This document shows, piece by piece, positions 31,662 to 42,447 of a stretch of DNA of 64,000 nt. Each line of letters begins with the position of its first letter. The first letter of the stretch is position 1. The stretch is from the NCBI RefSeq assembly GCF_988243305.1, contig NZ_OZ547136.1; one strand, given 5' to 3'. Below the pieces are notes generated by a model, which saw only the letters and a program-made list of their open reading frames with translations, had not been told where the DNA came from and searched no databases. The position numbers and the translations under genes are program-made.

Positions 31662-32579
31662 TTACTTCGTCCACCCTTTTTGTTTCAGGTAGTCGGCAGC
31701 CACTTTTTTGGCATCCAGTCCTTCCACAGCAATGCTGGCATTCAGTTGCTGCAATGTTTTTTCATCGAGGCTGGCGAAGACTGGCTGTAGCCACTGTGCC
31801 ATTTGTGGATACTCTTTCAACACCGACTCACGCACCACTGGTGCAGGCGCGTAGATAGGTTGCACGCCTTGCGGATCGCTTAAGGTTTGCAGCCCCAGCG
31901 CCGCGACCGGGCCGTCAGTGCCGTAAGCCATCGCCGCATTAACGCCAGAGGTTTGCTGGGCAGCGGCTTTGATCGTCACCGCCGTGTCGCCACCAGCCAG
32001 TGACAGCAACTGATCCTGACCGAGCTTAAAGCCATAGGCTTTTTCAAACGCGGGTAACGCATCGGCGCGTTCGATAAACTCTGCTGAGGCAGCCAGTTTG
32101 AAGGTGCCGCCCTCTTTCAGATAACGACTCAGGTCAGCAAGCGAAGTGAGTTTGTTTTTCTCTGCCACATCCTGACGCACGGCGATGGTCCAGGTGTTAT
32201 TCGCAGGTGCGGGCGTCAGCCAGATTAACTTGTTTTGCTCTGCATCGAGCTTTTTGACTTTCTCGTAGCCCTGCCCGGCATTTTTCCATGCCGCATCGTT
32301 TTCATCTTTAAAGAAAAACGCGCCATTGCCGGTATATTCCGGATAGATATCCAGTTCACCGGAAGTAATCGCCCCGCGCACCACGGGAGTCGTTCCCAGT
32401 TGCACTTTATTTACCGTAGGAACACCGTGACTTTCCAGCACCTGCAAAATGATATTGCCGAGCAGCGCGCCTTCGGTATCGATTTTTGAACCGACCTTAA
32501 CGGGGGAAGCCGCCTGTAGCGGCAGGCTCACGGCTGCCATCAGAACCAGTGAACCTGCCCAGACCTTTGAGAGTGGCAT
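31662..32579 (-). CDS. osmF: Periplasmic glycine betaine-binding protein (305 aa)
   Basis: Signal peptide plus substrate-binding-protein fold ORF; first gene of the operon. Confidence 0.9.
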   Translation of the reverse strand: MPLSKVWAGSLVLMAAVSLPLQAASPVKVGSKIDTEGALLGNIILQVLESHGVPTVNKVQLGTTPVVRGAITSGELDIYPEYTGNGAFFFKDENDAAWKNAGQGYEKVKKLDAEQNKLIWLTPAPANNTWTIAVRQDVAEKNKLTSLADLSRYLKEGGTFKLAASAEFIERADALPAFEKAYGFKLGQDQLLSLAGGDTAVTIKAAAQQTSGVNAAMAYGTDGPVAALGLQTLSDPQGVQPIYAPAPVVRESVLKEYPQMAQWLQPVFASLDEKTLQQLNASIAVEGLDAKKVAADYLKQKGWTK

Positions 32580-32705
32580 GATGCTTTCCTCATTCTTTTA
32601 CTGTTGTTTTCAGCGAATTAAGAGAAAAGCATAGTTGATAATGGCGGGGTTAGCCTGAGCGGAAGGATTCAGTTGCAGAATCAGATAAATACTTAAGAGG
32701 CATAT

Positions 32706-32757
32706 TCGGTCCGGCGTTTCCTGCCGGATGCGGCGCGAGCGCCTTATCCGGCCTACA
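32706..32757. repeat. REP (repetitive extragenic palindrome) element
   Basis: GCCGGATGCGGCGCGAGCGCCTTATCCGGCCTAC at 32723-32756 matches the E. coli REP consensus. Confidence 0.8.
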
Positions 32758-32830
32758 AAGGGCGAAAATTCAGCAAGTTAAGATATGAACATCAGGCAAA
32801 GGGCGCAAACGTCGCGCCCTTACTAAAGCA

Positions 32831-35128
32831 TTACAGCAACTCAAACTCGCCTTTCTTAACGCGTGCGGAATCAGTGCCGATAAAGACATTGAACTTGCCA
32901 GGCTCGGCGTCATATTTCATCTGTTGATTCCAGAACTTCAGCGCCTCAATATCAATCGGGAAGCTGACGGTCTGGGTTTCGCCTGGTTTCAGGGTGATTT
33001 TCTCAAAGCCTTTCAGCTGCTTCACCGGACGACTCATGGAAGCCGTCACATCCTGCAAGTACATCTGCACTACCGTCGCCCCTTCGCGCTTACCGGTGTT
33101 CGTCACCTGCACACTGGCGGTCACTTTGCCGTCACGCTTCATGGTCGGCGCAGAAAGTTTCACATCAGAGACGGTGAAAGTGGTATAGCTCAGACCATAG
33201 CCGAACGGATAAAGCGCCCCGTTAGCTTCATCAAAATAACGCGAAGTGTATTTGTTCGGCTTGTCGGCATTATACGGACGCCCGGTGTTCAGATGGCTGT
33301 AGTACACCGGGATCTGCCCGACAGAACGCGGGAAGGACATCGGCAGCTTGCCGGACGGGTTGTAATCGCCAAACAATACATCGGCAATCGCATTCCCCCC
33401 TTCAGTCCCCGCAAACCAGGTTTCCAGAATCGCATCAGCCTGCTGATCTTCTTTCACCAGCGCCAGCGGACGCCCATTCATCAGCACCAGCACCAGCGGT
33501 TTACCGGTGGCTTTCAGCGCCGCAATCAAGTCACGTTGGCTTTGCGGAATAGTGATATCGGTACGGCTGGAAGCCTCGTGCGCCATCCCCTGTGCTTCAC
33601 CGACCACAGCCACCACCACATCAGATTGTTTCGCGGTTTGCACCGCTTCATCAATCATCTCTTGCGGCGAGCGCGGGTCGACTTTGACCGCCTCTTCATA
33701 CTGATTCAGGAAATCGATAATGCCTTTGTCACTGGTAACGTTCGCCCCTTTGGCGTACAGCACTTTACCGTTTTCACCGACGGCATTTTTAATCCCGGTC
33801 AGTACGGTCACGGATTGATCGGCAACACCGGCTGCGGACCAGCTGCCCATCACGTCACGTTTGCTGTCTGCCAGTGGCCCAACCACCGCAATGGTGGCTG
33901 ATTTTTTCAGCGGTAACGTTTCGAGACGGTTTTTCAGTAACACCAGGCTTTCGCGTGCCACTTCACGCGCTTCTTTACGGTGCAGGCGGCTTTCGGCATT
34001 GGTATCCACCGGGTCAGACTCTTTCGGACCGAGATGGCTGTACGGGTCGTTAAACAACCCCATATCATATTTAACGTTCAGTACATGACGGGCAGCGTCA
34101 TCCAGCTCTTCCATCGTCACTTTGCCGGATTTGATCAACCCAGGCAGATACTTCGAGTAATACTCGTCGCTCATACTCATGTTGATGCCGGATTTCAGCG
34201 CCACGCGCACCGCATCTTCCGGGTCTGCCGCCGTGCCATGTTTAATCAGCTCTTTGATTGCGCCGTGATCGGAAACGGTGATGCCTTTAAAGCCCCACTG
34301 GTCGCGCAGAACATCTTTCAGCAGCCAGGAGTCGGAGGTGGCTGGCGTACCGTTCAGCGAGTTCAGCGCCACCATCACCGCGCCGCTGCCTGCGTCCAGC
34401 CCCGCTTTGTACGGCGGCATATAATCATTAAACAGGCGCTGCGGACTCATATCGACGGTGTTGTACTCTTTACCGCCTTCTACCGCGCCGTATGCGGCAA
34501 AGTGTTTGACGCTGGTCATCACCGAGTAGCGATCTGCCGGGCTTTTACCCTGCATCGCTTCCACCATGGTTTTACCCATTGTTGAAGTGAGATACGTATC
34601 TTCGCCAAAACCTTCGGAAGCACGTCCCCAGCGCGGATCGCGCGAGACATCGACCATCGGTGCCCAGGTCATATTCAGGCCATCATCTGCCGCTTCATAA
34701 GCAGAGACACGTCCGACCGTTTTCACCGCATCGAGGTTAAAAGACGAGGCCAGACCGAGGCTAATCGGGAACACCGTGCGCTGACCGTGCAGCACGTCGT
34801 AAGCAAAGAAAAGAGGAATTTTCAGGCGGCTTAATTCCATCACCTGATCCTGCATGGCGCGGATATCCTGACGGGTTACGGTGTTGAAAATCGCCCCAAC
34901 CTGCCCGTCTTTGATCATCTCGCGGATCGCCTCTTTCGGATTATCCGGGCCGACGCTGATTAAGCGCAGCTGACCAATTTTCTCATCAACCGTCATTTTC
35001 TTAAGCAGTTCGGTGACGAACGCATCCCGCGCTTCAGGCGTTAAGGGATGGTTACCGAATAAATCATCCGCCAGTGCTGGCTGCAGGGCCAGACTCACCG
35101 CGATTCCTACTGAACATAGCCATTTCAT
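32831..35128 (-). CDS. bglX: Periplasmic beta-glucosidase, glycoside hydrolase family 3 (765 aa)
   Basis: GH3 ORF with signal peptide MKWLCSVGIAVSLALQPALA; GAGGAAG RBS before ATG at 35126-35128. Confidence 0.9.
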   Translation of the reverse strand: MKWLCSVGIAVSLALQPALADDLFGNHPLTPEARDAFVTELLKKMTVDEKIGQLRLISVGPDNPKEAIREMIKDGQVGAIFNTVTRQDIRAMQDQVMELSRLKIPLFFAYDVLHGQRTVFPISLGLASSFNLDAVKTVGRVSAYEAADDGLNMTWAPMVDVSRDPRWGRASEGFGEDTYLTSTMGKTMVEAMQGKSPADRYSVMTSVKHFAAYGAVEGGKEYNTVDMSPQRLFNDYMPPYKAGLDAGSGAVMVALNSLNGTPATSDSWLLKDVLRDQWGFKGITVSDHGAIKELIKHGTAADPEDAVRVALKSGINMSMSDEYYSKYLPGLIKSGKVTMEELDDAARHVLNVKYDMGLFNDPYSHLGPKESDPVDTNAESRLHRKEAREVARESLVLLKNRLETLPLKKSATIAVVGPLADSKRDVMGSWSAAGVADQSVTVLTGIKNAVGENGKVLYAKGANVTSDKGIIDFLNQYEEAVKVDPRSPQEMIDEAVQTAKQSDVVVAVVGEAQGMAHEASSRTDITIPQSQRDLIAALKATGKPLVLVLMNGRPLALVKEDQQADAILETWFAGTEGGNAIADVLFGDYNPSGKLPMSFPRSVGQIPVYYSHLNTGRPYNADKPNKYTSRYFDEANGALYPFGYGLSYTTFTVSDVKLSAPTMKRDGKVTASVQVTNTGKREGATVVQMYLQDVTASMSRPVKQLKGFEKITLKPGETQTVSFPIDIEALKFWNQQMKYDAEPGKFNVFIGTDSARVKKGEFELL

Positions 35129-35323
35129 ATGGATTTTTCTTCCTCTGTTGCCCGACGAGGCAGCGAAAATGGTGCAAAAACCGTAGTTTGCCATAAGCAT
35201 GGTGGAGAGAGAAAAAGAATGCTCAGTTTATTGTCTGAATTTTCAAAATATTCACTCGCTGAATTGTCATACAAGGCGCTATTCTAGTTTGTGATATTTT
35301 TTCGCCACCACAAGGAGTGGAAA

Positions 35324-37039
35324 ATGTCTTCCATGACAACAACTGATAATAAAGCCTTTTTGAATGAACTTGCCCGACTGGTGGGTTCTTCACACCTGCT
35401 CACCGATCCCGCAAAAACGGCCCGCTATCGCAAGGGCTTCCGTTCTGGTCAGGGCGATGCACTGGCTGTCGTTTTCCCTGGCTCACTACTGGAATTGTGG
35501 CGGGTGCTGAAAGCCTGCGTCACCGCTGACAAAATTATTCTGATGCAGGCTGCCAATACAGGCCTGACCGAAGGATCGACGCCAAACGGTAACGATTATG
35601 ATCGCGATATCGTGATCATCAGCACCCTGCGTCTCGATAAGTTGCACGTCCTCGGTAAGGGCGAACAGGTGCTGGCCTATCCTGGCACCACGCTTTATTC
35701 GCTGGAAAAAGCCCTCAAACCTCTGGGACGCGAACCGCACTCAGTGATTGGATCATCGTGTATAGGCGCATCGGTCATCGGCGGTATTTGTAACAACTCC
35801 GGCGGCTCGCTGGTGCAACGTGGCCCGGCGTATACCGAAATGTCGTTATTCGCGCGTATAAATGAAGATGGCAAACTGACGCTGGTGAACCATCTGGGGA
35901 TTGATCTGGGCGAAACGCCGGAGCAGATCCTTAGCAAGCTGGATGACGATCGCATCAAAGATGACGATGTGCGCCACGATGGTCGTCACGCCCACGATTA
36001 TGACTATGTCCACCGCGTTCGTGATATTGAAGCCAACACGCCCGCACGTTATAACGCCGATCCGGATCGGTTATTTGAATCTTCTGGTTGCGCCGGGAAG
36101 CTGGCCGTCTTTGCGGTACGTCTTGATACCTTCGAAGCGGAAAAAAATCAGCAGGTGTTTTATATCGGCACCAACCAGCCGGAAGTACTGACCGAAATCC
36201 GCCGTCATATTCTGGCTAATTTCGAAAATCTGCCGGTTGCCGGGGAATATATGCACCGGGATATCTACGATATTGCGGAAAAATACGGCAAAGACACCTT
36301 CCTGATGATTGATAAGTTAGGCACCGACAAGATGCCGTTCTTCTTTAATCTCAAGGGGCGCACCGATGCGATGCTGGAGAAAGTGAAATTCTTCCGTCCG
36401 CATTTTACCGACCGTGCGATGCAAAAATTCGGTCACCTGTTCCCCAGCCATTTACCGCCGCGCATGAAAAACTGGCGCGATAAATACGAGCATCATCTGC
36501 TGTTAAAAATGGCGGGCGATGGCGTCGGTGAAGCCAAATCGTGGCTGGTGGATTATTTCAAACAGGCCGAAGGCGATTTCTTTGTCTGTACGCCGGAGGA
36601 AGGCAGCAAAGCGTTTTTACACCGTTTCGCCGCTGCGGGCGCAGCAATTCGTTATCAGGCGGTGCATTCCGATGAAGTCGAAGACATTCTGGCTCTGGAT
36701 ATTGCTCTCCGGCGTAATGACACCGAGTGGTATGAACATTTACCGCCGGAGATCGACAGCCAACTGGTGCACAAGCTCTATTACGGCCATTTTATGTGCT
36801 ATGTCTTCCATCAGGATTACATCGTTAAAAAAGGCGTGGATGTGCATGCGTTGAAAGAACAGATGCTGGAACTGCTACAGCAGCGCGGCGCGCAATACCC
36901 TGCCGAGCATAACGTCGGTCATTTGTATAAAGCACCGGAGACGTTGCAGAAGTTTTATCGCGAGAACGATCCGACCAACAGCATGAATCCGGGGATCGGT
37001 AAAACCAGTAAGCGGAAAAACTGGCAGGAAGTGGAGTAA
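35324..37039 (+). CDS. dld: FAD-dependent D-lactate dehydrogenase (571 aa)
   Basis: AAGGAG RBS, ATG 35324; length and sequence match Dld. Confidence 0.9.
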   Translation: MSSMTTTDNKAFLNELARLVGSSHLLTDPAKTARYRKGFRSGQGDALAVVFPGSLLELWRVLKACVTADKIILMQAANTGLTEGSTPNGNDYDRDIVIISTLRLDKLHVLGKGEQVLAYPGTTLYSLEKALKPLGREPHSVIGSSCIGASVIGGICNNSGGSLVQRGPAYTEMSLFARINEDGKLTLVNHLGIDLGETPEQILSKLDDDRIKDDDVRHDGRHAHDYDYVHRVRDIEANTPARYNADPDRLFESSGCAGKLAVFAVRLDTFEAEKNQQVFYIGTNQPEVLTEIRRHILANFENLPVAGEYMHRDIYDIAEKYGKDTFLMIDKLGTDKMPFFFNLKGRTDAMLEKVKFFRPHFTDRAMQKFGHLFPSHLPPRMKNWRDKYEHHLLLKMAGDGVGEAKSWLVDYFKQAEGDFFVCTPEEGSKAFLHRFAAAGAAIRYQAVHSDEVEDILALDIALRRNDTEWYEHLPPEIDSQLVHKLYYGHFMCYVFHQDYIVKKGVDVHALKEQMLELLQQRGAQYPAEHNVGHLYKAPETLQKFYRENDPTNSMNPGIGKTSKRKNWQEVE

Positions 37040-37044
37040 AAATT

Positions 37045-37070
37045 ACGGATGGCAGAGTATCGCCATCCGT
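37045..37070. terminator. Bidirectional hairpin between convergent dld and pbpG
   Basis: 9-bp inverted repeat ACGGATGGC / GCCATCCGT with 8-nt loop. Confidence 0.5.
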
Positions 37071-37077
37071 CATTCAT

Positions 37078-38010
37078 TTAATCGTTCTGTGCCGTCTGCC
37101 CCGCCGCCGCCATCTGGGCGGCTTTTTGTTTTTTATAGCTCAACGCTGCTGCCGGAACAGGCATCACTTTACCGGTTTCAATCCAGGTACGCAGGCGGCT
37201 GGCATCGGCAAAATGGGTATATTTGCCAAACGCGTCCATCACTACCAGCGCCACCGGTTTATTATTGATAACCGTACGCATCACCAGACAATGGCCCGCC
37301 GCATTGGTAAAGCCGGTTTTGGTTAACTGAATATTCCAGTTATCGCGATACACCAGATGGTTAGTATTGCGGAACGGCAGCGTATACGTCGGGTTAGAGA
37401 AGGTTGCCATATCTTCCCGGGTAGTACTTAACTGCCCGATCAACGGATATTGTTTGCTGGCAATGAGCAGTTTGGTTAAGTCACGGGCGGTTGAAACGTT
37501 ATGCACCGACAATCCGGTCGGTTCAACAAAGCGCGTGTTGTTCATTCCGAGCGATTTCGCTTTCGCATTCATCGCCTTAATAAAGGCTTTGTAACCACCG
37601 GGATAATGGTGCGCAAGGCTTGCCGCCGCGCGGTTTTCTGAAGACATCAGCGCCAACAACAGCATATCTTTACGGCTGATTTCGCTGTTCAGTCGTACGC
37701 GCGAATAGACCCCTTTCATCTCCGGCGTCTGGCTGATATCCACTTTTAGTTTTTCATCCAGCGGCAGTCGCGCATCCAGCACGACCATCGCGGTCATTAA
37801 TTTGCTGATAGACGCAATCGGACGCACCAGATCCGGGTGGTTCGAATAGATCACTTTGTTGGTATTCAGATCAACAATCATCGCGCTACCGGAGGCAATT
37901 TCCGGCTGTGAAGCGGTGGTAGCGGCTGCCGTTTTCGCAACGGCCTGCGGTGCCAAAGGCACAGCCAGCATCAGGGCCAGGCTAAATAAAGAAACTCGAA
38001 ATTTCGGCAT
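37078..38010 (-). CDS. pbpG: D-alanyl-D-alanine endopeptidase, penicillin-binding protein 7 (310 aa)
   Basis: Signal peptide; SxxK active-site motif (ASISKLMT) visible. Confidence 0.9.
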   Translation of the reverse strand: MPKFRVSLFSLALMLAVPLAPQAVAKTAAATTASQPEIASGSAMIVDLNTNKVIYSNHPDLVRPIASISKLMTAMVVLDARLPLDEKLKVDISQTPEMKGVYSRVRLNSEISRKDMLLLALMSSENRAAASLAHHYPGGYKAFIKAMNAKAKSLGMNNTRFVEPTGLSVHNVSTARDLTKLLIASKQYPLIGQLSTTREDMATFSNPTYTLPFRNTNHLVYRDNWNIQLTKTGFTNAAGHCLVMRTVINNKPVALVVMDAFGKYTHFADASRLRTWIETGKVMPVPAAALSYKKQKAAQMAAAGQTAQND

Positions 38011-38183
38011 GATGAGCATTCAGATAGTGGTTCACGCGCACGGGTTGCGCACCGCCGGAGTAAGGATTTACTGAGGCTAGCGACGCCATCATAACGAGCA
38101 AAAAGTGCGATCGTCAAAGGAGAATCGTGAGGAAATGCTGCATTGCTGACATTTACGCCAGCAATGCAACACAAAAGAACTTT

Positions 38184-38771
38184 CTAGAACAAACGATAAC
38201 CGTAACCCCATAGTATAACGGTAAGGGCGAGCAGCACTTCCAGCACCAGCACGCCTATCGCCAGCGTCGAACTGGAGAAGCTAAGGCCTTCCTCTTTGTT
38301 GATATTCAGGAAGCTCGGAATACCGAGGTAAAGCAGGTAGCCGGTGTAAAACAGCGCCACCGTGCCGACCAGCGCACACAACCAGACCAGCGGATAAAGC
38401 GCCACCAGACCGCTTAAAAACAGCGGAGTTGCAACGTAGCCCGCGAAGACCATGCAGTGCGCAAGTGACGGACGCTGCGGATAATTACGCGCCATCCACC
38501 AGATGACCCGCCCCATCACCGCGACCCCAGCGAGCATAACGCCATAAAACAGGACAGCCAGCGCCAGTCCGGTAAACCAGGATAACTTCAGGATAGTGCC
38601 ATCGCCAAAATTCCAGCCAATTTGTGTGGTGCCAATGAAGGCGCAAATCACCGGAATCGCCGCCATCAGCAAAACGTGGTGGGTGTAGTGATGAGAAATC
38701 GTTTCGTTTTCGCGATTAATCACCTGCATTTCACGATCGGGATGGGAAAACAGTCCCCAGACATGGCTCAT
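38184..38771 (-). CDS. yohC: Inner membrane protein YohC (195 aa)
   Basis: Polytopic membrane ORF, ATG at 38769-38771. Confidence 0.8.
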   Translation of the reverse strand: MSHVWGLFSHPDREMQVINRENETISHHYTHHVLLMAAIPVICAFIGTTQIGWNFGDGTILKLSWFTGLALAVLFYGVMLAGVAVMGRVIWWMARNYPQRPSLAHCMVFAGYVATPLFLSGLVALYPLVWLCALVGTVALFYTGYLLYLGIPSFLNINKEEGLSFSSSTLAIGVLVLEVLLALTVILWGYGYRLF

Positions 38772-38940
38772 ACCGCCCCCTTGTTGTGAGTTCATGAACC
38801 TGACAGTTCAAGTATAAGTCAGCTTGTGATTATTTTTTGTTCACTCATGTAATTTGCACCGTCTGATGTACGTCCTTTTTCAGCGTGAACTATTCACAGG
38901 GTGTATGCTTACAGGCAAGCAAAGGGAGACAGACTGGCCT

Positions 38941-39519
38941 ATGGATCTCAATACACTCATCTCACAATATGGTTATGCCGCGCTGGTGATCGGTAGCCTG
39001 GCGGAAGGTGAAACCGTGACTTTGCTGGGAGGCGTTGCGGCACATCAGGGGCTATTAAAGTTCCCGCTGGTGGTACTTTCTGTGGCGCTTGGCGGCATGA
39101 TTGGCGACCAGGTGCTTTATCTGTGCGGGCGGCGGTTTGGCGGCAAGCTGTTACGCCGTTTCTCGAAACATCAGGATAAAATTGAGCGGGCGCAGAAACT
39201 TATCCAACGCCATCCGTATCTGTTTGTCATTGGTACGCGTTTTATGTATGGCTTTAGGGTGATTGGCCCGACGCTGATTGGTGCCAGCCAGCTGCCGCCG
39301 AAAATCTTTCTGCCACTGAATATCCTTGGCGCATTTGCCTGGGCGTTGATTTTTACCACTATCGGTTACGCTGGTGGTCAGGTGATTGCGCCGTGGTTGC
39401 ACAATCTCGACCAGCATTTGAAGCACTGGGTCTGGTTGATTCTGGTCGTGGTTCTGGTGGTAGGCGTGCGCTGGTGGCTGAAACGGCGCGGGAAGAAAAA
39501 GCCGGATAATCAGGCGTAA
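38941..39519 (+). CDS. yohD: DedA-family inner membrane protein (192 aa)
   Basis: ORF with internal ATG start MDLNTLISQYGY...; DedA/SNARE-associated-type membrane protein. Confidence 0.8.
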   Translation: MDLNTLISQYGYAALVIGSLAEGETVTLLGGVAAHQGLLKFPLVVLSVALGGMIGDQVLYLCGRRFGGKLLRRFSKHQDKIERAQKLIQRHPYLFVIGTRFMYGFRVIGPTLIGASQLPPKIFLPLNILGAFAWALIFTTIGYAGGQVIAPWLHNLDQHLKHWVWLILVVVLVVGVRWWLKRRGKKKPDNQA

Positions 39520-39571
39520 AGCAGTTGCCACAGATAAGCATTCACGCCACATCCGGCACCGGGTGTTCCAT

Positions 39572-39608
39572 GCCTGATGCGACGCTGGCGTGTCTTATCT
39601 GGCCTAAC
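39572..39608. repeat. REP element
   Basis: GCCTGATGCGACGCTGGCGTGTCTTATCTGGCCTAAC between convergent yohD and yohF. Confidence 0.7.
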
Positions 39609-39637
39609 CCAATGAAATATCCACGCACCTCACTGCG

Positions 39638-40399
39638 CTATTCTGGGTTGAACTGCGGATTCGCCAACATAAAGCCGCCATCCACTATCAACGACTGCCC
39701 GGTGGTGTAATTTGCGCCCTCTGAGCACAGCCACGCTACCAGGCTGGCAATCTCATGCGTTGCGCCAAAACGCCGCAAGGGAATCGAAGGCTCCGCGCCG
39801 GGCTTCACGTCGCCATCATCCATGCCGTTCATTGGCGTGGCGATCGCCCCAGGTGCAACCGCATTCACCAAAATCTTATGCCTGACCAGCTCCAGCGCCA
39901 TCGCTTTGGTTAACCCGCCGAGCGCATGTTTAGCGGCTGTGTAGGCGCTGGCATCCGGCAACGGCGTATGTTCATGCACCGACGTAATGTTGATGATGCG
40001 ACCACCCTGCCCTTGTTTCACCATCTGGCGGGCAGCAATTTGCGAGCATAAAAATGCACCATCGACATCAACGGTAAAAATCTTGCGCCACTCATCGAAA
40101 GCCATATCAAGAAACGGCGCTTTGGTCATTGCGCCCGCATTATTCACCAGCACATCAATACGCCCCAGCCGTTGAATGAGTTTCTCCAGCGCCAGTGCCC
40201 CTTCTGGTAGATTGCCGAGATCCAGCTGCACGATCTCCGCACGTACGCCGTGGCTAACCACCTCACGCGCGGTATCTTTTGCCCCTTCTTCATCAGAGTG
40301 CCAGGTAATACCAATATCAAACCCCTGCTGCGCCAGTAATAACGCGCACTCTTTGCCGATCCCCGAATCGGAGGCGGTAATAATCGCGACCTGTGCCAT
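39638..40399 (-). CDS. yohF: Short-chain dehydrogenase/reductase (253 aa)
   Basis: SDR cofactor motif near the N-terminus (IITASDSGIGKE); YxxxK (YTAAK) catalytic motif. Confidence 0.85.
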   Translation of the reverse strand: MAQVAIITASDSGIGKECALLLAQQGFDIGITWHSDEEGAKDTAREVVSHGVRAEIVQLDLGNLPEGALALEKLIQRLGRIDVLVNNAGAMTKAPFLDMAFDEWRKIFTVDVDGAFLCSQIAARQMVKQGQGGRIINITSVHEHTPLPDASAYTAAKHALGGLTKAMALELVRHKILVNAVAPGAIATPMNGMDDGDVKPGAEPSIPLRRFGATHEIASLVAWLCSEGANYTTGQSLIVDGGFMLANPQFNPE

Positions 40400-40451
40400 C
40401 GAGTTCTCCACTTAACGCTGAATAAACGTTAAGTATAGAAGGCGCATATCA

Positions 40452-41888
40452 TCAACGTTTGTAACCCCCGCCCAACGCACCAGTGAGTTGAATGGAGGCA
40501 TCCAGCCACTGCCCTTGCAATAACAGGCCATTGGCCCGCTCACGCAGCGCGGGGATTCTGGCTTCGCTGACGCGGGAACCCGCAATGATGCCCGCGTTAA
40601 AGCGCGCCTGCGCAAGACCTACTACACGCAAGGCATCGCGCTCAATTTGCGCCTGATGCTGGTTTTTCTCCGCCAGTGTCTGAACCTGACTAGCTGCCCG
40701 CGCCACGTCATTCACCGCTTCAACCACCGCTTTGTTGTAGCTGGCGATAGACAAGTTGCTTTCGGCTTTTGCGATATCGAGGTTGGCGTTAAGACGGCCA
40801 CTATCGAAAATGGGTAGCGTCAGGCCTGCCGTAACGCCCATTTGCTGCGCGGAATGACGGAACAGATCGCTTAAGTGCAACGCATCCTGTTGCAGGAAGG
40901 CCATCAGGTTGATGTCAGGATAAAATGCCGCTTTTGCCGCATCAATAGTGCTTAACGATGACTCAACGTACCAGTGCGCCGCCTGCAAATCTGCCCGCCG
41001 GGCCAGTAAGGAGTACCCCAGTTCATCAGGAAGCTGGCTTGCCACTTTCGGCAACGCGACCGGATTAAGCTTCAATGCCTTTGTCTGGTGATTTGTAAGT
41101 GCGCTTAACCGTGCCTCAATAATTTTCATTTTCCCCGCGACATCGTTGAGCTGCTGCCGGGTTTTGCTGGCATTAATATCGGTTTCCACACCTTCAACTG
41201 AAGAAGTAATCCCGTTCTGATATAGCTGGCGATCGGTGGCGATAATGGTGTTCTGCTCTTTTTCGATTTGCTGTAAGACAGTGTTTAACGCCGCCTGGGT
41301 TTGCCACTCCCAGTACAGGCGGGCTACGCTGCCAGCCAGCAATTGGCGGGTTTGCTCGCGTTCCGCCGCTCGTGCTTTAACCGTACCCAGGCGAGCAGTA
41401 ACCTCCGCCCGATTCTTTCCCCAGATATCGAGATGCCAGCCCGCCGTTAAGCCAAAAGTACCGTTGGTGTACCACGGACCGGTCGTACCTGCGGCAGGAT
41501 CGTTCAGAGCAAACGGCCCCATTAACCCTTCTGCCGACATTTTTTGCCGCTCCATATCCGCAGAAAAGTCGATCTGCGGACCATCCTGAGTGGCAACTGC
41601 CTTCGCCTGGGCTTCAGCCAGCTGAATGCGCTGTTCAGCCACCTGCATATCCGGTGCGTTCTGTAGTGCATTGTTAATTAAGGAAGTGAGCTGATTATCG
41701 TGATACTTCAGCCACCATTGGCTGTCTGGCCAACCATTTTTCAGCGCCGTGGGTAATGCGGTGTCAACTTGCACAGCGGGCGTTTGCTGGCTTAACGCCT
41801 GGCGGGTTTCATGCATAGGCGCACACCCGGCCAGCATCAGTAACAGCGGAAAACAGGCGATGGCGGGATAAAAGGAATCACGATTCAT
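40452..41888 (-). CDS. mdtQ: Outer-membrane efflux lipoprotein (TolC/OprM-like), intact (about 478 aa)
   Basis: Uninterrupted ORF with lipoprotein signal (LLLMLAGCAP); start codon choice uncertain (41888 vs 41978). Confidence 0.7.
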   Translation of the reverse strand: MNRDSFYPAIACFPLLLMLAGCAPMHETRQALSQQTPAVQVDTALPTALKNGWPDSQWWLKYHDNQLTSLINNALQNAPDMQVAEQRIQLAEAQAKAVATQDGPQIDFSADMERQKMSAEGLMGPFALNDPAAGTTGPWYTNGTFGLTAGWHLDIWGKNRAEVTARLGTVKARAAEREQTRQLLAGSVARLYWEWQTQAALNTVLQQIEKEQNTIIATDRQLYQNGITSSVEGVETDINASKTRQQLNDVAGKMKIIEARLSALTNHQTKALKLNPVALPKVASQLPDELGYSLLARRADLQAAHWYVESSLSTIDAAKAAFYPDINLMAFLQQDALHLSDLFRHSAQQMGVTAGLTLPIFDSGRLNANLDIAKAESNLSIASYNKAVVEAVNDVARAASQVQTLAEKNQHQAQIERDALRVVGLAQARFNAGIIAGSRVSEARIPALRERANGLLLQGQWLDASIQLTGALGGGYKR

Positions 41889-42111
41889 GGGGGAATAATC
41901 AGGTAAGAAAAGGTGCGCGGAGATTACCGTGTGTTGCGATATATTTTTTAGTTTCGCGTGGCAAAACATCAGTGGCAATAATATGACATATCCAGAAAAA
42001 TATACACTAAGTGAATGATATCTTCCGATTTATCTTAATCGTTTATGAATAACGGCAAAGGGCTTCGTTTTTTCCTATACTTATTCAGCACTCACAAATA
42101 AAGGAACGCCA

Positions 42112-42195
42112 ATGAAAATTATACTCTGGGCTGTATTGATTATTTTCCTGATTGGGCTACTGGTGGTGACTGGCGTATTTAAGATGATATTTTAA
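42112..42195 (+). CDS. yohP: Small membrane protein (27 aa): MKIILWAVLIIFLIGLLVVTGVFKMIF
   Basis: 28-codon ORF with AAGGAA RBS; single TM helix; below ORF-track threshold. Confidence 0.7.
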   Translation: MKIILWAVLIIFLIGLLVVTGVFKMIF

Positions 42196-42447
42196 AATTA
42201 ATTAATGTCATCAGATCCGAAAATAACGAGAATATTTCAGTCTCTCATCCTGTTGCGCTCCTGTCATGTGCATTGCTTCATATAATCACTGGCGCAAGGA
42301 GCGCGCAGGGGGCGACCAATCGCCGCTGCGCGGTGCCCTCGGCTTATCCCTTACGGCTACCGGGTCGGCGATTTTGACGCCACCAAACAACCGTGCGGCC
42401 TATTGATAAAGAGCTAACACATTGTCAAAAAACATCACTATGGTTTT

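Noticed and set aside
32924-34585. 325-aa and 201-aa plus-strand ORFs inside bglX
   Set aside because: Antisense shadow ORFs of a long GC-rich gene; arginine/histidine-rich composition, no RBS, no recognisable domain.
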